A stretch of 64,000 bases of DNA from an uncultured Gemmatimonadaceae bacterium (GTDB lineage: Bacteria; Gemmatimonadota; Gemmatimonadetes; Gemmatimonadales; Gemmatimonadaceae), in the NCBI GenBank assembly GCA_963829055.1, contig CAWHHI010000006.1:320001-384000 (forward strand), in the 5' to 3' direction. The translations under genes were made by a program, and so were the position numbers. Shown here piece after piece: positions 1-9,985 of the stretch (its first letter is position 1; each line of letters begins with the position of its first letter). The notes beneath the pieces are model-generated. The model made no database searches. It saw only the letters and a list, made by a program, of their open reading frames with translations, and had not been told where the DNA came from.

Positions 1-166
1 GGTGGAGTGCGTGGTACAGCGCGCCTTCCTCGACCTGGAGCGTCCCGCCGGTGACGTCCTGGATCCAGTTCGCGACGGCGTAGCCGTGGCGCGGCCCCCA
101 CGTGAGCGCCTTGAGGACGAGCACGTCGAGCGTGCCTTTGAGAAGGTCGAGGTTGTCGTCGCTCAC
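1..166 (-). CDS. PadR family transcriptional regulator (acidobacterial type), N-terminal part; runs off the window start
   Basis: My translation of the minus strand from GTG at 166: MSDDNLDLLKGTLDVLVLKALTWGPRHGYAVANWIQDVTGGTLQVEEGALYHALH, with the typical GTLD.L.LK.L...P.HGY...G.LY.ALH pattern. Not in the ORF track. Confidence 0.88.
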   Translation of the reverse strand, partial: MSDDNLDLLKGTLDVLVLKALTWGPRHGYAVANWIQDVTGGTLQVEEGALYHALH

Positions 167-192
167 CGTGCCCACCTGGTCATCGTGCTTTG

Positions 193-209
193 CCCTGAAT
201 CATTCAGGG
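193..209. promoter_or_regulatory. Candidate PadR operator palindrome CCCTGAAT-C-ATTCAGGG
   Basis: Perfect 8-bp inverted repeat just upstream of the PadR start; autoregulation is inferred. Confidence 0.5.
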
Positions 210-332
210 GAATAAATGGCGGTGTGCAACGACGGTGTCAAGAGAGTGGCGACGACGCGACCGGCATGATCCACACGCGGGCATCGTCGGCGGCGGGTCG
301 TGGGCGTCGACGAAGTGCGCGCTAGGGCCGAT

Positions 333-1220
333 TCAGAGCGTACGTCGAAGTGCGCGCAACCGGTCGACCCGCGCTGGCAGCGCTCGCTCGAGGTCCGCCC
401 AGAGCGCATCCCAAAGCACCGTCAGTCGCTGGGACACATCCGGCGTTAGGCGTCCCGCTACTCGCACGCTTGCCGCTTCGTGAGTTGCGCGCGCATGATA
501 CGTGTTCAGCACGCTGCCCGCCGCCTCTTCCTCGGTCGAGGAGAGTCCAACCGCGGTGCGCAGGACCATCAGATGATAGTCGCCGACGTCACCGGCGAGG
601 GCGAGTGCCCGAAGGGCATCTGGCGAGTTCGGTTCCGGAACCGATACACCTAGCCGTGCGAGCGGGAGCGACCAGTTGTTCGTGGCGAATACGCCGTCGG
701 GATTCTGCGACCAGATCCAGGCGTGCATGACGAACAGTCGCGGCGACGTCGCGTCACCGTCACTCGTACTCGTTCGGTGATGCGCGGTTGGAAGACTCTC
801 CTCGGCCACGCCTCCGTTGTGCTCGTGCCAGTCGGCGAACGCGGGCAGTGCTGGCGGCGGCTCGCGTCCGCTGACCAACCGCGTGTATCCGACCGCGACC
901 AGACGAGCGGCGCCGTCGATGGTCGCGTAGACCAGAACCGATGGCCGATCTGGCTCAAAGGTGTTCTCCCCGATGCGGGCCGCGCTGATCCAGTGCTCGC
1001 CCATTGTCGGAAACTCGACGCCGACGCGCTTGTACCCATCCGCAATGGCGGCGTCCTGCGACTGATACCGACGCGTGCCGTCGCGAGCCTTCGTGGTGAA
1101 TTGCTCCACCGCGGCCGTGGGATTCGACCGTGGGACGTCCTGACACGGGGCAGCGGCCGACGCGACCGTAATCGCGGCCATCGCCAGAGCGCTCTCTCTC
1201 CAACCTGAGTGGCGCGTCAT
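333..1220 (-). CDS. Secreted hypothetical protein with His/Trp-rich motifs (possible metal or heme binding)
   Basis: C-terminal part of ORF 333..1796. ATG at 1220 overlaps the upstream stop (ATGA). Signal-like N-terminus; motifs MGEHW, P.VLVY, WHEH, MHAWIW..NPDGVFA. Confidence 0.7.
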   Translation of the reverse strand: MTRHSGWRESALAMAAITVASAAAPCQDVPRSNPTAAVEQFTTKARDGTRRYQSQDAAIADGYKRVGVEFPTMGEHWISAARIGENTFEPDRPSVLVYATIDGAARLVAVGYTRLVSGREPPPALPAFADWHEHNGGVAEESLPTAHHRTSTSDGDATSPRLFVMHAWIWSQNPDGVFATNNWSLPLARLGVSVPEPNSPDALRALALAGDVGDYHLMVLRTAVGLSSTEEEAAGSVLNTYHARATHEAASVRVAGRLTPDVSQRLTVLWDALWADLERALPARVDRLRALRRTL

Positions 1221-1649
1221 GGTGTCGGCCGCGCGAGGTCGTCGGGGGTTTCCTGCTTCGAGGCCGTGAGCAACGTGGTCATCAGCGTTGGGGAGATGCC
1301 ATACGGGAATCGGCTCAGCAATCGGGCGCGATCGAGCATCTTGGCAGTCGGCTTCGGCCCCAGATTGACTGTACCCGCGCCGCCTACCGGCAGGATGACT
1401 CGGCTGACGTCGCCGAATCTCGCAATCCAGAATGCGGTCGTGTGCGAAGAGCACGTACCCGGAGTCATTGACCACGATGAGCTCACCCGTCTGCTCGCGC
1501 CCGTCACGCAACACGAGGGTGCTGAGAACCCCTCGCGCGGAGTGTGCTTGCGGAATGGATCGTGGAGACTTCGACGTCATGCAGGCAGTGGGGAACAGCG
1601 ACAGCATCAATAGCAGCGCGCCGAGCCTGAATACTCTCGAGGAGGTCAT
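1217..1649 (-). CDS. Small lipoprotein, frameshifted near 1430 (probable sequencing insertion)
   Basis: MTSSRVFRLGALLLMLSLFPTAC lipobox in one frame continues as WIARFGDVSRV... in ORF 1217..1507; ATGA overlaps at both ends. Confidence 0.65.
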
Positions 1650-3202
1650 GAGATCGGCACCCGTCGCTGAAAGAAGTGCTGCTCGAGTGTGTCCTTCGAT
1701 GCTTGCCAGGTTCGAAGCACGTCGTGCATCGATGTGCGCGCCGGTGAGAACGGGAGGGAGTCCGTCGCGGTCTTCATCCATTTTCCGCGGACCCATTCCG
1801 TGTAGTAGCCCTGCGACGCGAGCATGAACGTGCGCGTGTCGGAAGGCGCCACTCCGACGTCGAACTCGATCGAGAAATGGTCACCGGGGTGCGTCTCGAC
1901 ATCGCGGTCGTCCGCGCGCGCGAGCATGGGCACCATGTCATCGCGAGGGACACCGTGGTTGTCGAACGCGCGGGCCGCCGTGATGTTCCGCGGCTCGACG
2001 CGCCGGACGCGCTGCGCGATCGCGACCCTGTCGATGCGGAACTCGTCAACCGTGAATGACACCCGCATGCGCACGCTATCACCACCCACGGCGGGCACGA
2101 CGACGCCAATGTCGCTCCACGCCACTGGGCCGAACGCGATCACACGTGCCACCGGCAACCACCGTTCACCATCCAGAACCTCGACGCGCATTCCGAAGTG
2201 CTCGGCGTGCCAGGTCGCGAGTTGCACGACGTTGGCGATCTGCGAGAGATCGCGCCCCAGCCAGTCCAATGCGCTCGCGCCGGGGCGGCCGAGCATGTAG
2301 TCGTAGAGAATAGCCGTGGAGAGGAGACTGCTGCGGGCTCGCAGCACCAGTGCGACGCTGTCCTGTCCGGCGGGTTTCGCGGTGGTGATCAGGAGATGGT
2401 CTCGTGTTGGCCCTCCAGCAACCGCGCGCTCGAGCAGTGCACCATCCGAGGAAAACACGACCCCGTCCGTGCGCGCCAGCGGGATGCTCACATCACGACC
2501 CGCCGCGTCACGGATACTGCCCGCACTCACGATACTTCCCACGGCCATGAGGCCGCCGATCGGCGAGGGCAAGGCAACTTCGTTCGCGTCGTGACGCACT
2601 TCGATGAGCTGCAACTGGTCGAGATGATGTGTTTCGAGCGCCTCGTTCTGCACGGACAGCCTAACGACCCCCCTGCCGTCGGGAGTCAGCGACATCCGGT
2701 CGACGTCGCGGACGGCGAGCAGCGGGGCAATGCTCTGTGAGAACGACTCGGCTTGCAGCATCGGGATCCCAGCGCTGTCGGCATAGATCGTCGGACACGA
2801 CCCGAAAATTGCGATGGACCCCCCCACTATCGCGGCCCCGGTGGCGGCGGTGCCCATGACACCATACAGCAGCGTGCGAGCCGGATTGACCTGACGCTCG
2901 TACACCTCGAACCCGAGCACACTGTCGAGAGCCACACTACTCACCGCCTGCGCGGTGGCCCTGGTCAGGGTGAAGCGCTCACCCATTCCAGTCGCGATGC
3001 CGTTACCGACCTTGACGCCCGCGCGGAACATGACAACGTCGCCGTTCATCAGGTGCGCTTTCACTGGCACACGAGTCAGGCGAGCGGGCGGTCCGCCCTT
3101 CTGCACCGCGACGGGGCGCGTCGTCGTCGAGATGAAGCACGCGACGGCGACCAGCCCACTCGCGCCGATTAACGCCGTGCGGACGTACGCGAATGCTTTC
3201 AT
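1646..3202 (-). CDS. Hypothetical lipoprotein (GSCP.IY motif, beta-rich)
   Basis: ORF 1646..3235; likely start MKAFAYV at 3202 with lipobox LVAVAC, an internal hydrophobic segment, then GSCPTIYA and GYYTEW motifs. Confidence 0.75.
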   Translation of the reverse strand: MKAFAYVRTALIGASGLVAVACFISTTTRPVAVQKGGPPARLTRVPVKAHLMNGDVVMFRAGVKVGNGIATGMGERFTLTRATAQAVSSVALDSVLGFEVYERQVNPARTLLYGVMGTAATGAAIVGGSIAIFGSCPTIYADSAGIPMLQAESFSQSIAPLLAVRDVDRMSLTPDGRGVVRLSVQNEALETHHLDQLQLIEVRHDANEVALPSPIGGLMAVGSIVSAGSIRDAAGRDVSIPLARTDGVVFSSDGALLERAVAGGPTRDHLLITTAKPAGQDSVALVLRARSSLLSTAILYDYMLGRPGASALDWLGRDLSQIANVVQLATWHAEHFGMRVEVLDGERWLPVARVIAFGPVAWSDIGVVVPAVGGDSVRMRVSFTVDEFRIDRVAIAQRVRRVEPRNITAARAFDNHGVPRDDMVPMLARADDRDVETHPGDHFSIEFDVGVAPSDTRTFMLASQGYYTEWVRGKWMKTATDSLPFSPARTSMHDVLRTWQASKDTLEQHFFQRRVPIS

Positions 3203-3485
3203 TCCTGGGGGCTCACGGTCTGAAGGTGGGGCCAATCATAATGCCATAGCGAGCTCTACGCTGGTGAGGATCTCCCAATGTCGGGCTGGCTCGCGCCGCT
3301 CCATCGCGCGACAGGCACGGGCGGGTGGATCGACAGGCGTTGCAACAGAGCGCGCCCGATCGGATGTGCTCGAGCCGGCCGACGCAGTCATGGGTGGCGG
3401 GCCCGCTGGCGCCCCAATCGGAATGTGCCTAACCTCCGCGTAGATCTGGAGTCCGCCACAATGGGCCATGGCCGAGGAAGACTGG

Positions 3486-5385
3486 ATGAGCGAGTCCTTG
3501 CACGACCGCGTTGTCGCCGCGATTGGTGAGCACTACGACCTGGAGGGCGAGATCGGGCGGGGCGGGAATGTCCGTCGTCTTCCGCGCCCGCGACCGGCGG
3601 CTCAACCGGCCCGTCGCGATCAAGGTGCTGCCGCCGGAGCTGGCGCACGATCAGGCGATCCGCGTCCGGTTCACCCGCGAGGCGCAGACCTCGGCGCAGC
3701 TGTCGCACGCGCACATCGTGCCGATCTATGACGTTGGCGAGCGCGGCGGCATCGCGTGGTTCGTCATGGCCCTCGTCACCGGCGGGAACCTCGCCACCCA
3801 CCTGATGCGAGAGCCACGTCAGCCGGTCGACGAAGTGCGTCGCATCCTGTGCGAGGTTGCTGACGCGCTCGCGTACGCGCACCTGCGTGGTGTGATTCAC
3901 CGGGACATCAAGCCCGACAACATTCTGCTGGATCGCCAGACCGGACGCGCGCTCGTCACGGACTTCGGCATCGCGTGGGCCATGGAAGCTGGGGCTCGCC
4001 TGACCGCGACCGGCATCGCCGTCGGCACGCCGACGTACATGTCGCCGGAGCAGGCCGTAGGCGAGCGCGAGCTCGACGGGCGGAGCGACATCTACTCGGT
4101 CGGAGTGCTGGGCTACCAAATGCTGACGGGTCGCGTGCCATTCGAAGCTGGGAATTCGATGGCGCTCCTGCTCAAGCACGTGACCGAGCGTCCGCGTCCC
4201 ATCGCCGACCTGCGACCAGACACGCCACGCGCCCTGCGCGAGACGATCGAGCGCGCGATCATGAAGGCCCCGGAGGATCGGTGGCCGACCGCGGCGGCAT
4301 TGCGTGACGCGCTGTCGTCGACCGATGCGTCCGGCCCGACGTGGCGCGCGGATCAGCGGGAGCCTGTACGCTACACGTCGCCTCGGCCCGACGGCTCGCG
4401 CAGAGTGGTCGCGTTGCGACCGCCCACACCGCAGAAGCCTGTTTCTCCGCTATTCCCGGCTCGAGGCGACGGGTCCCCGCCGGTCCTAACGAGCGGTCCC
4501 CTGGCTGGGCTCATGCTCGAGCCGCCGCACCTCGCTTCGCTGACGCCGGCGCAGCGCTATGACCTCCGACTCTGGCATGGCCGCGTGAATCTGGTCGACC
4601 GCGTGAAGGCGATGCGGCGGTATGGCCTGTTCACCGTCGCGGCCACGATCGGCGGCATCGCGGGGTTCGCGTTCGGCGTGACGGAAGTCCCGCCTTTCGT
4701 ACTCGCGCCCATCGTGCCGATCTACATGTGGGTGAAGCTCGCGCGGCGCGGCCGATCGTTGCGCGAGGCCGGCGTGCGTCTGCGGCAACTGCTTCCCCGG
4801 CCGCATTTCGTGATCCGGAAAAAGCAGGTGACGATGCAGCAGCACCTCGAGAAGCTCGCGCCGGTCGCCGTCATCGAGAGCCCCGAAGGCGCCGCGATCC
4901 GCCGAGCGGTCGAGGACCGTCTGGCGATCCTGGAGATCTTCGGCAAACTGTCGAAGCTCGACCGCGCGCGACTTCCCGATCTCGAAGCGACGGCGAAGCT
5001 GCTCGTGGAGCGCGTCGCACATCTCGCGCAGGCGATCCACCGGCTGGACGAGAGCATCGACCCCACGTTAGGCCGCGAGCTCGACGCGCGGATCGCCACG
5101 GTCGAGCGCGAGAGCGCATCGCCGGATGGCGAGCGTCAGCTCGGGCTGCTCCGCCGGCAGCGTGGCTCGCTCGACGAGCTCGTGCAGCGTCGCGTCGCCC
5201 TCGCGCGGCAGCTCGATAGTGCGGGCTTGGCGTTAGGCAACCTGCGCCTCGACCTGATCAAGCTCCGCTCATCGGGCCTTCAGTCGGCGCTCGCCGACGT
5301 CTCGTCGGCCACCCAGGAAGCGCGCGCTCTCTCGAGCGAGATCGACGCCGTGCTGGCCGCGGCGGCGGAAATGAAGAACCTGTAG
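3486..5385 (+). CDS. Serine/threonine protein kinase with C-terminal TM and coiled-coil region; +1 frameshift near 3566
   Basis: MSESLHDRVVAAIGEHYDLEGEIGRGG joins MSVVFRARD...VAIKVL...HRDIKPDN...DFGIA...GTPTYMSPEQ. Confidence 0.9.
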
Positions 5386-5389
5386 TGTA

Positions 5390-5637
5390 GGGAGGGCCGG
5401 CGAGGCCGTAGGAAGGAGGCCGTAGGAAGGAGGAGGGCGGATGGCGGAAGGCGGAGGCGAGGAAGACGGCGTGCATGCCGAGCGGCAGCGAGGGATCGGA
5501 GCGTCGTCGTGCCGAGCGCCGGATTACTACGGCGTCCTCGTGCCGCCGGCCGCCGGTCGCGGCGCCAGCCGCCTCGCTGCCCTCCGTCCTACGGCCTCCT
5601 TCCTCCGTCCGCCGTCCGCCGTCCGCCATCCGCCTTC
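5390..5637. repeat. Intergenic heptamer-periodic inverted repeat patch (GGCGGAA/GGCGGAG ... CCGTCCG) enclosing a REP-like half site
   Basis: ggatggcggaaggcggaggcg pairs with ctccgtccgccgtccgccgtccgccatcc; internal gcatgccgagcggcagcgagggatc; lies between convergent genes. Confidence 0.65.
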
Positions 5638-6876
5638 CTACTTGTATCGTCGCCCCCCTCGCATCACGAACACCACCTGCCGTAGCGCGCCAATGTCCCG
5701 CGACGGATCGCCGCTCACCGCGATGAGATCCGCCGCATAGCCTGACGCCACCACGCCCAGCGAGCTGCCGAGGCCTAACGCGGCAGCGCCGGCTGACGTG
5801 GCGGAGACGATGGCGTCCATCGGCGACTGGCCCGCGCGGACGCGGCAGGCCAGCTCCTCGACGTTTCGCCCGTGGGCGAGCGCGACCGCGTCCGTTCCGA
5901 ACACGACCTTGAGCCGCGGCGTCTTGAGCGCGCGCGTGAACATCGCGGCCGCCGTCGGCAGCGCCGCCTTGAGCGGCGCGAGCGTCGAGTCCGTGAAGTT
6001 GTAGGCGTCCGGATGGTCGACGTAGTTCTGGAACACGAGACACACCTGCGGATCGAAGATCGTGCCGTGCTCCGCCATCAACGCGAGCTCGGCGTCGGTC
6101 GCGAACGTGCCGTGCTCGATCTGCGTGCAACCGGCCAGCGTCGCGGCGCGAACGCTCTGCGCGCTGATCGCGTGCACGATCGATCGCAGCCCCTGCGCCT
6201 TGGCCTCGCCGCAGATTGCGGCGAGCTGCTCGTCCGACAACGTCTGTGCGCCACCGGCGCCGAGCCCGGCGGAGGCGAACAGCTTGATGACGTCGGCACC
6301 CTGCGTCTTGAGCTGCTGGACCATCAGGCGCAGCGAGTCGACCGATATGCGCGCGGAGCTGATCTGCGTGATCGACGTCAGGATGCGAGGGCCGGGGATG
6401 AGCTCGCGCGCCGTGGCGTCGCGGAGGTCGAGGTCTTCGGGCCCGCCGACACTCTGAATGGTCGTGACGCCCGCCATGAGCGTCGCGTACAGGTTGCCGG
6501 CTCGCGCGAGCGCGGCCTGCGCGGGCGTGTCGCCGCTCCGTTGCGAGTTGCGCTTGCCCTGACGGTCGACGTACCAGCCGGGATGCACGTGTGCGTCAAT
6601 GAGACCCGGGAGGAGCGTCGCGGAACCGAGCTCGATGGTTGTCGCGCCGGAGATGGTCACCGGCGCGGTCGTCACGCGCTCGATCTTCCCATTCCGAACG
6701 ACGACGTATGCGTTGCGCGTCGATGCGCCGCGGCCGTCGAGCAATGTGCCGGCGTGAATGATCGTTGGTGCGCCCGCGGGAGCGGCCGACGTGATCTGGC
6801 TCCGAGCGGGCCGCACGTTCGCCGTCGCGGCGAGAACGAACGCGGATGGTATGACGGCGGCAGAGATGAATCGCAT
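5638..6876 (-). CDS. Secreted metal-dependent amidohydrolase (Xaa-Pro dipeptidase/imidazolonepropionase-like)
   Basis: Signal peptide; PGLIDAHVH, GADVIK, HA, IEHG, FGTDA, G..ADLIAV.GDP motifs. Confidence 0.9.
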   Translation of the reverse strand: MRFISAAVIPSAFVLAATANVRPARSQITSAAPAGAPTIIHAGTLLDGRGASTRNAYVVVRNGKIERVTTAPVTISGATTIELGSATLLPGLIDAHVHPGWYVDRQGKRNSQRSGDTPAQAALARAGNLYATLMAGVTTIQSVGGPEDLDLRDATARELIPGPRILTSITQISSARISVDSLRLMVQQLKTQGADVIKLFASAGLGAGGAQTLSDEQLAAICGEAKAQGLRSIVHAISAQSVRAATLAGCTQIEHGTFATDAELALMAEHGTIFDPQVCLVFQNYVDHPDAYNFTDSTLAPLKAALPTAAAMFTRALKTPRLKVVFGTDAVALAHGRNVEELACRVRAGQSPMDAIVSATSAGAAALGLGSSLGVVASGYAADLIAVSGDPSRDIGALRQVVFVMRGGRRYK

Positions 6877-7193
6877 GGTATCCTCTGAAATTCGCCACTA
6901 CCACATACCGCACGGATCACCTTGCCGCAACTCGTGTGGCGCGACTCGCCAGCAACAATCAGTGAGCGTTAGGCGTCCGCGTGCTCGGCGGCGAACGGCC
7001 GCATTCAGGCGGTCAACGCCCTCGCGGGCTCGGTGAGAATTTCTCGCACGCGGACCGGTGCGCGCGCGTCCGCTTTCGCAGTGCAGATGCGTGTTGAGAA
7101 TACGCCCTCGATGCAGGGCGTGGACGACGCCAACCATGAAGTGTCTGCTTCGCTGAGTGGTGTCGGCCTCGTACGTGACAATGGAGACGAACC

Positions 7194-8048
7194 ATGCGGC
7201 AGGCAAAAGCCCTCGTGGCTGTGCTATCAGGCGTAATCATCACGGTCGTCGGTTGCGATGACGCGGGCAACACCGTGACCGAGCCGGCAACCCCGAACGC
7301 CGGCGCGCTGAACACGGACGCGCTGTTCGACCGCACGACGGTCAAGCAGAAGGATCACGTGCAGATCGTGAAGGCGACCGGTGACATCACCGACGGCCTC
7401 ACTCAGTACCGCGCACTGCTCGGCACGCTCGAGCCTAACGTCGTCGGCGAACAGCCGGGCCCCGGCGGACGCAGGGAGATCAACTGGGACGGCGTTCCGG
7501 CGGCGCTGACGAACAACAACACGTTCCCTGGCGACTTCTTCAATCAGCCCATCGTCGGACGCGCACGAGGAGCAGTGTTCTCGACCGACGGCGCCGGCTT
7601 CCGCATCGCTGATAACGGGTACGTCGACGTGAACGCGCACTACGCCGGCGAGTTCAACGCGTTCAGCCCGAAGAAGCTCTTCGTCGCGAACGGCAGCACG
7701 ATCATCGACGTTCGCTTCTTCGTTGCCGGTACGAACACGCCTGGGCTGGTGACGGGCTTCGGATCGGTGTTCGAGGATGTCGGTCGGGCAAACTCGACCA
7801 CGATCGAATACTTCGACGCCGCCGGAAACCGCCTGGCGAAGATCGCTGCGCCTCGGCGCAGTGACGCGAACGGACAGTCGTTCGCGGGTGCGGTGTTCGA
7901 CTCGCAGATCGTGGCGTCGGTTCGCATCACCGTCGGCGACACGCCGATCGGTGAGAATACGTTCGACAACGTGAAGGGCGCCGGGAAAAAGCGTGACATC
8001 GTGACGACGGATGACTTCATCTACGGTGAGCCGCGCGTCATCAACTGA
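7194..8048 (+). CDS. Hypothetical lipoprotein
   Basis: GGAG RBS; lipobox TVVGC; REINWDGVP and DDFIYGEP motifs; good coding bias. Confidence 0.75.
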   Translation: MRQAKALVAVLSGVIITVVGCDDAGNTVTEPATPNAGALNTDALFDRTTVKQKDHVQIVKATGDITDGLTQYRALLGTLEPNVVGEQPGPGGRREINWDGVPAALTNNNTFPGDFFNQPIVGRARGAVFSTDGAGFRIADNGYVDVNAHYAGEFNAFSPKKLFVANGSTIIDVRFFVAGTNTPGLVTGFGSVFEDVGRANSTTIEYFDAAGNRLAKIAAPRRSDANGQSFAGAVFDSQIVASVRITVGDTPIGENTFDNVKGAGKKRDIVTTDDFIYGEPRVIN

Positions 8049-8159
8049 GGATTGAACGAAGCCGCGCGCGGCGAGAGGAACGACGGGGTCGTAGTGGCGC
8101 AGCTCCGGTACGCTGACGCATGTTGACCTTGCGATTCAGCTACTCACCGGAGCTGCCCA

Positions 8160-9119
8160 ATGCCCCGAGCCTCTCGCCGCTCGCTCGTCGCGCGAGCCAT
8201 CCTCGCACTTGCCTCAACGCTTCCTGTCGCTGCAGACGGCCAAGCACCCAGTCCACCGCCGGTCATCGGTCACTGGGACCTGACAGTCACGGCTCCGGAC
8301 GGCGTCTACCCGTCATGGTTGGAGGTGACGGCGTCGGGGAACGGCGTGCTCGTAGGTCGGTTCGTGGGGCACTACGGCAGCGCACGCCCGATCGGACGTG
8401 TCGAGTTCGCGAATGGCGTTATGCGGTTCGCCGTTCCGCCGCAGTGGGAGCAAGGCACCGCCGACCTGCGCTTCGAGGCGAAGCTCGACGGCAGCCGACT
8501 CACCGGCGCGATCGTCAACCCGAACGGCGACAGGCACACGCTCGTCGCGTCGCGCGCGCCCAGCCTGCGACGCACGACCGCGCCCGCGTGGGGCACGCCG
8601 GTCGAGCTGTTCAACGGGAAGGACGTCGCTGGGTGGACGACACAGGGGAGCGGCGCGAGTCGCTGGCGCGTGGTGAACGGTGTCCTCACGAACACTGCCA
8701 GCGGCGCCAATCTCATGACGACGCGCCGCTTCGAGGACTTCAAGCTGCACCTGGAGTTTCGCTACCCGAAGGGCGGCAACAGTGGCGTGTACCTGCGCGG
8801 GCGTCACGAACTGCAGATCGAAGACAGTCCGGAGCGGGACTGGCCGGGCTTGCTGGATGTCGGCGCGATCTACGGCCTGGTGGCACCTAACGAGAACGTG
8901 GCGACCGGGCCCGGCACCTGGCAGACGTACGACATCACGCTCATCGGCCGCCGCGTGACGGTGGTGTTCAACGGGCACACGGTCATCGCCGACCAGGTCA
9001 TCCCCGGGATCACCGGCGGGGCGCTCGACAGCAACGAGGGCGAGCCTGGACCGCTCGTGCTGCAGGGAGACCATACGCCGGTGGAGTTCAGAAGCATCAG
9101 GCTGACGCCGGCGAAGTAG
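8160..9119 (+). CDS. Secreted DUF1080 (3-keto-disaccharide hydrolase family) protein
   Basis: LFNGKD..GW, F.DFKLHLEF, GNSGVYLRG, E.QI.D, WQTYDI, LQGDH..VEFRSI motifs; signal peptide. Confidence 0.88.
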   Translation: MPRASRRSLVARAILALASTLPVAADGQAPSPPPVIGHWDLTVTAPDGVYPSWLEVTASGNGVLVGRFVGHYGSARPIGRVEFANGVMRFAVPPQWEQGTADLRFEAKLDGSRLTGAIVNPNGDRHTLVASRAPSLRRTTAPAWGTPVELFNGKDVAGWTTQGSGASRWRVVNGVLTNTASGANLMTTRRFEDFKLHLEFRYPKGGNSGVYLRGRHELQIEDSPERDWPGLLDVGAIYGLVAPNENVATGPGTWQTYDITLIGRRVTVVFNGHTVIADQVIPGITGGALDSNEGEPGPLVLQGDHTPVEFRSIRLTPAK

Positions 9120-9249
9120 CGAACCCGCGGCCGGCGAGTTGCCGGAAAGACGCGAAAGCCGCCACGTGAGTGCGTTCTGCGTCCGACTCACGAGGAGCCG
9201 TTGATAGCAGACAATTCCGCCTAATCGGTTGTGCGTCTTACGTTCTCCA

Positions 9250-9732
9250 CTAGTGGCTCGGCGGCGCCAGGTTTCCACACGCGACGACCACATCAGGGTT
9301 GGCTGCCGACGCGGCGACCGTCACGAAGTAGTTACCCGTTGCCGGCGTGCTGAGGGCGACACTCGCTCCTGCCTCGCCCTTACCGTCATCCCCGATCTTC
9401 AGGGCCTTGTATGCCGTCGCCGGGCCGAACACACCTTCGTCGGCGCCGCACTGGCCATGGTGGACCTGCCACGGATGGACGCCCCCCGGCGTCGCGTTGG
9501 TGACGCTCAGAGATAGAGTGGTGGCGTCGATACTCTTGCCCGGCTGCATCGAGGCAGATCCGTTGATCTGCACCGCGCCGGCGAGTGAAGCCGGCGTTAC
9601 GAGCGTGCCACGCCAGCGAGTATTCAGATTCGCATCGCGACTTACCTCGCTTACCGGTTCGCGGTGAAACGGGTTGCAAGCGGCGAACACAACTATCGAC
9701 GTGACGAGTATTAGCGATTGACGGCGTTGCAT
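9250..9732 (-). CDS. Lipoprotein with Cu/Zn superoxide dismutase-like or CHRD-like fold
   Basis: AGGAGG RBS, lipobox VFAAC, HPWQVHHGQCG and VACGNL motifs. Confidence 0.7.
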   Translation of the reverse strand: MQRRQSLILVTSIVVFAACNPFHREPVSEVSRDANLNTRWRGTLVTPASLAGAVQINGSASMQPGKSIDATTLSLSVTNATPGGVHPWQVHHGQCGADEGVFGPATAYKALKIGDDGKGEAGASVALSTPATGNYFVTVAASAANPDVVVACGNLAPPSH

Positions 9733-9985
9733 GGTGACCTCCTGGAGATTCGGCCCCCCGGGCCGTAACGAGTCGGAATGCCGTGAGCGCCCACGAGCCA
9801 CTCGCGTATTGACCAACTGGATGATAGCATATGCAAGATATCATCCAACTGGTCAATAAGCGCAGTCCGGTGCCTCAGTCGCGCAGCGTGGCGTACTCAG
9901 CAGTTGCGGCTGGACGCGCTCTCTGCATCGCGTCGCTGGATGAGTCGCGATAGGTTGGTCCAGAGCCCCCACCTGGAGAACCAAG

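Noticed and set aside
333..1796. 487-aa ORF as one protein
   Set aside because: Chimera caused by a frameshift near 1430; it resolves into two genes with ATGA overlaps.
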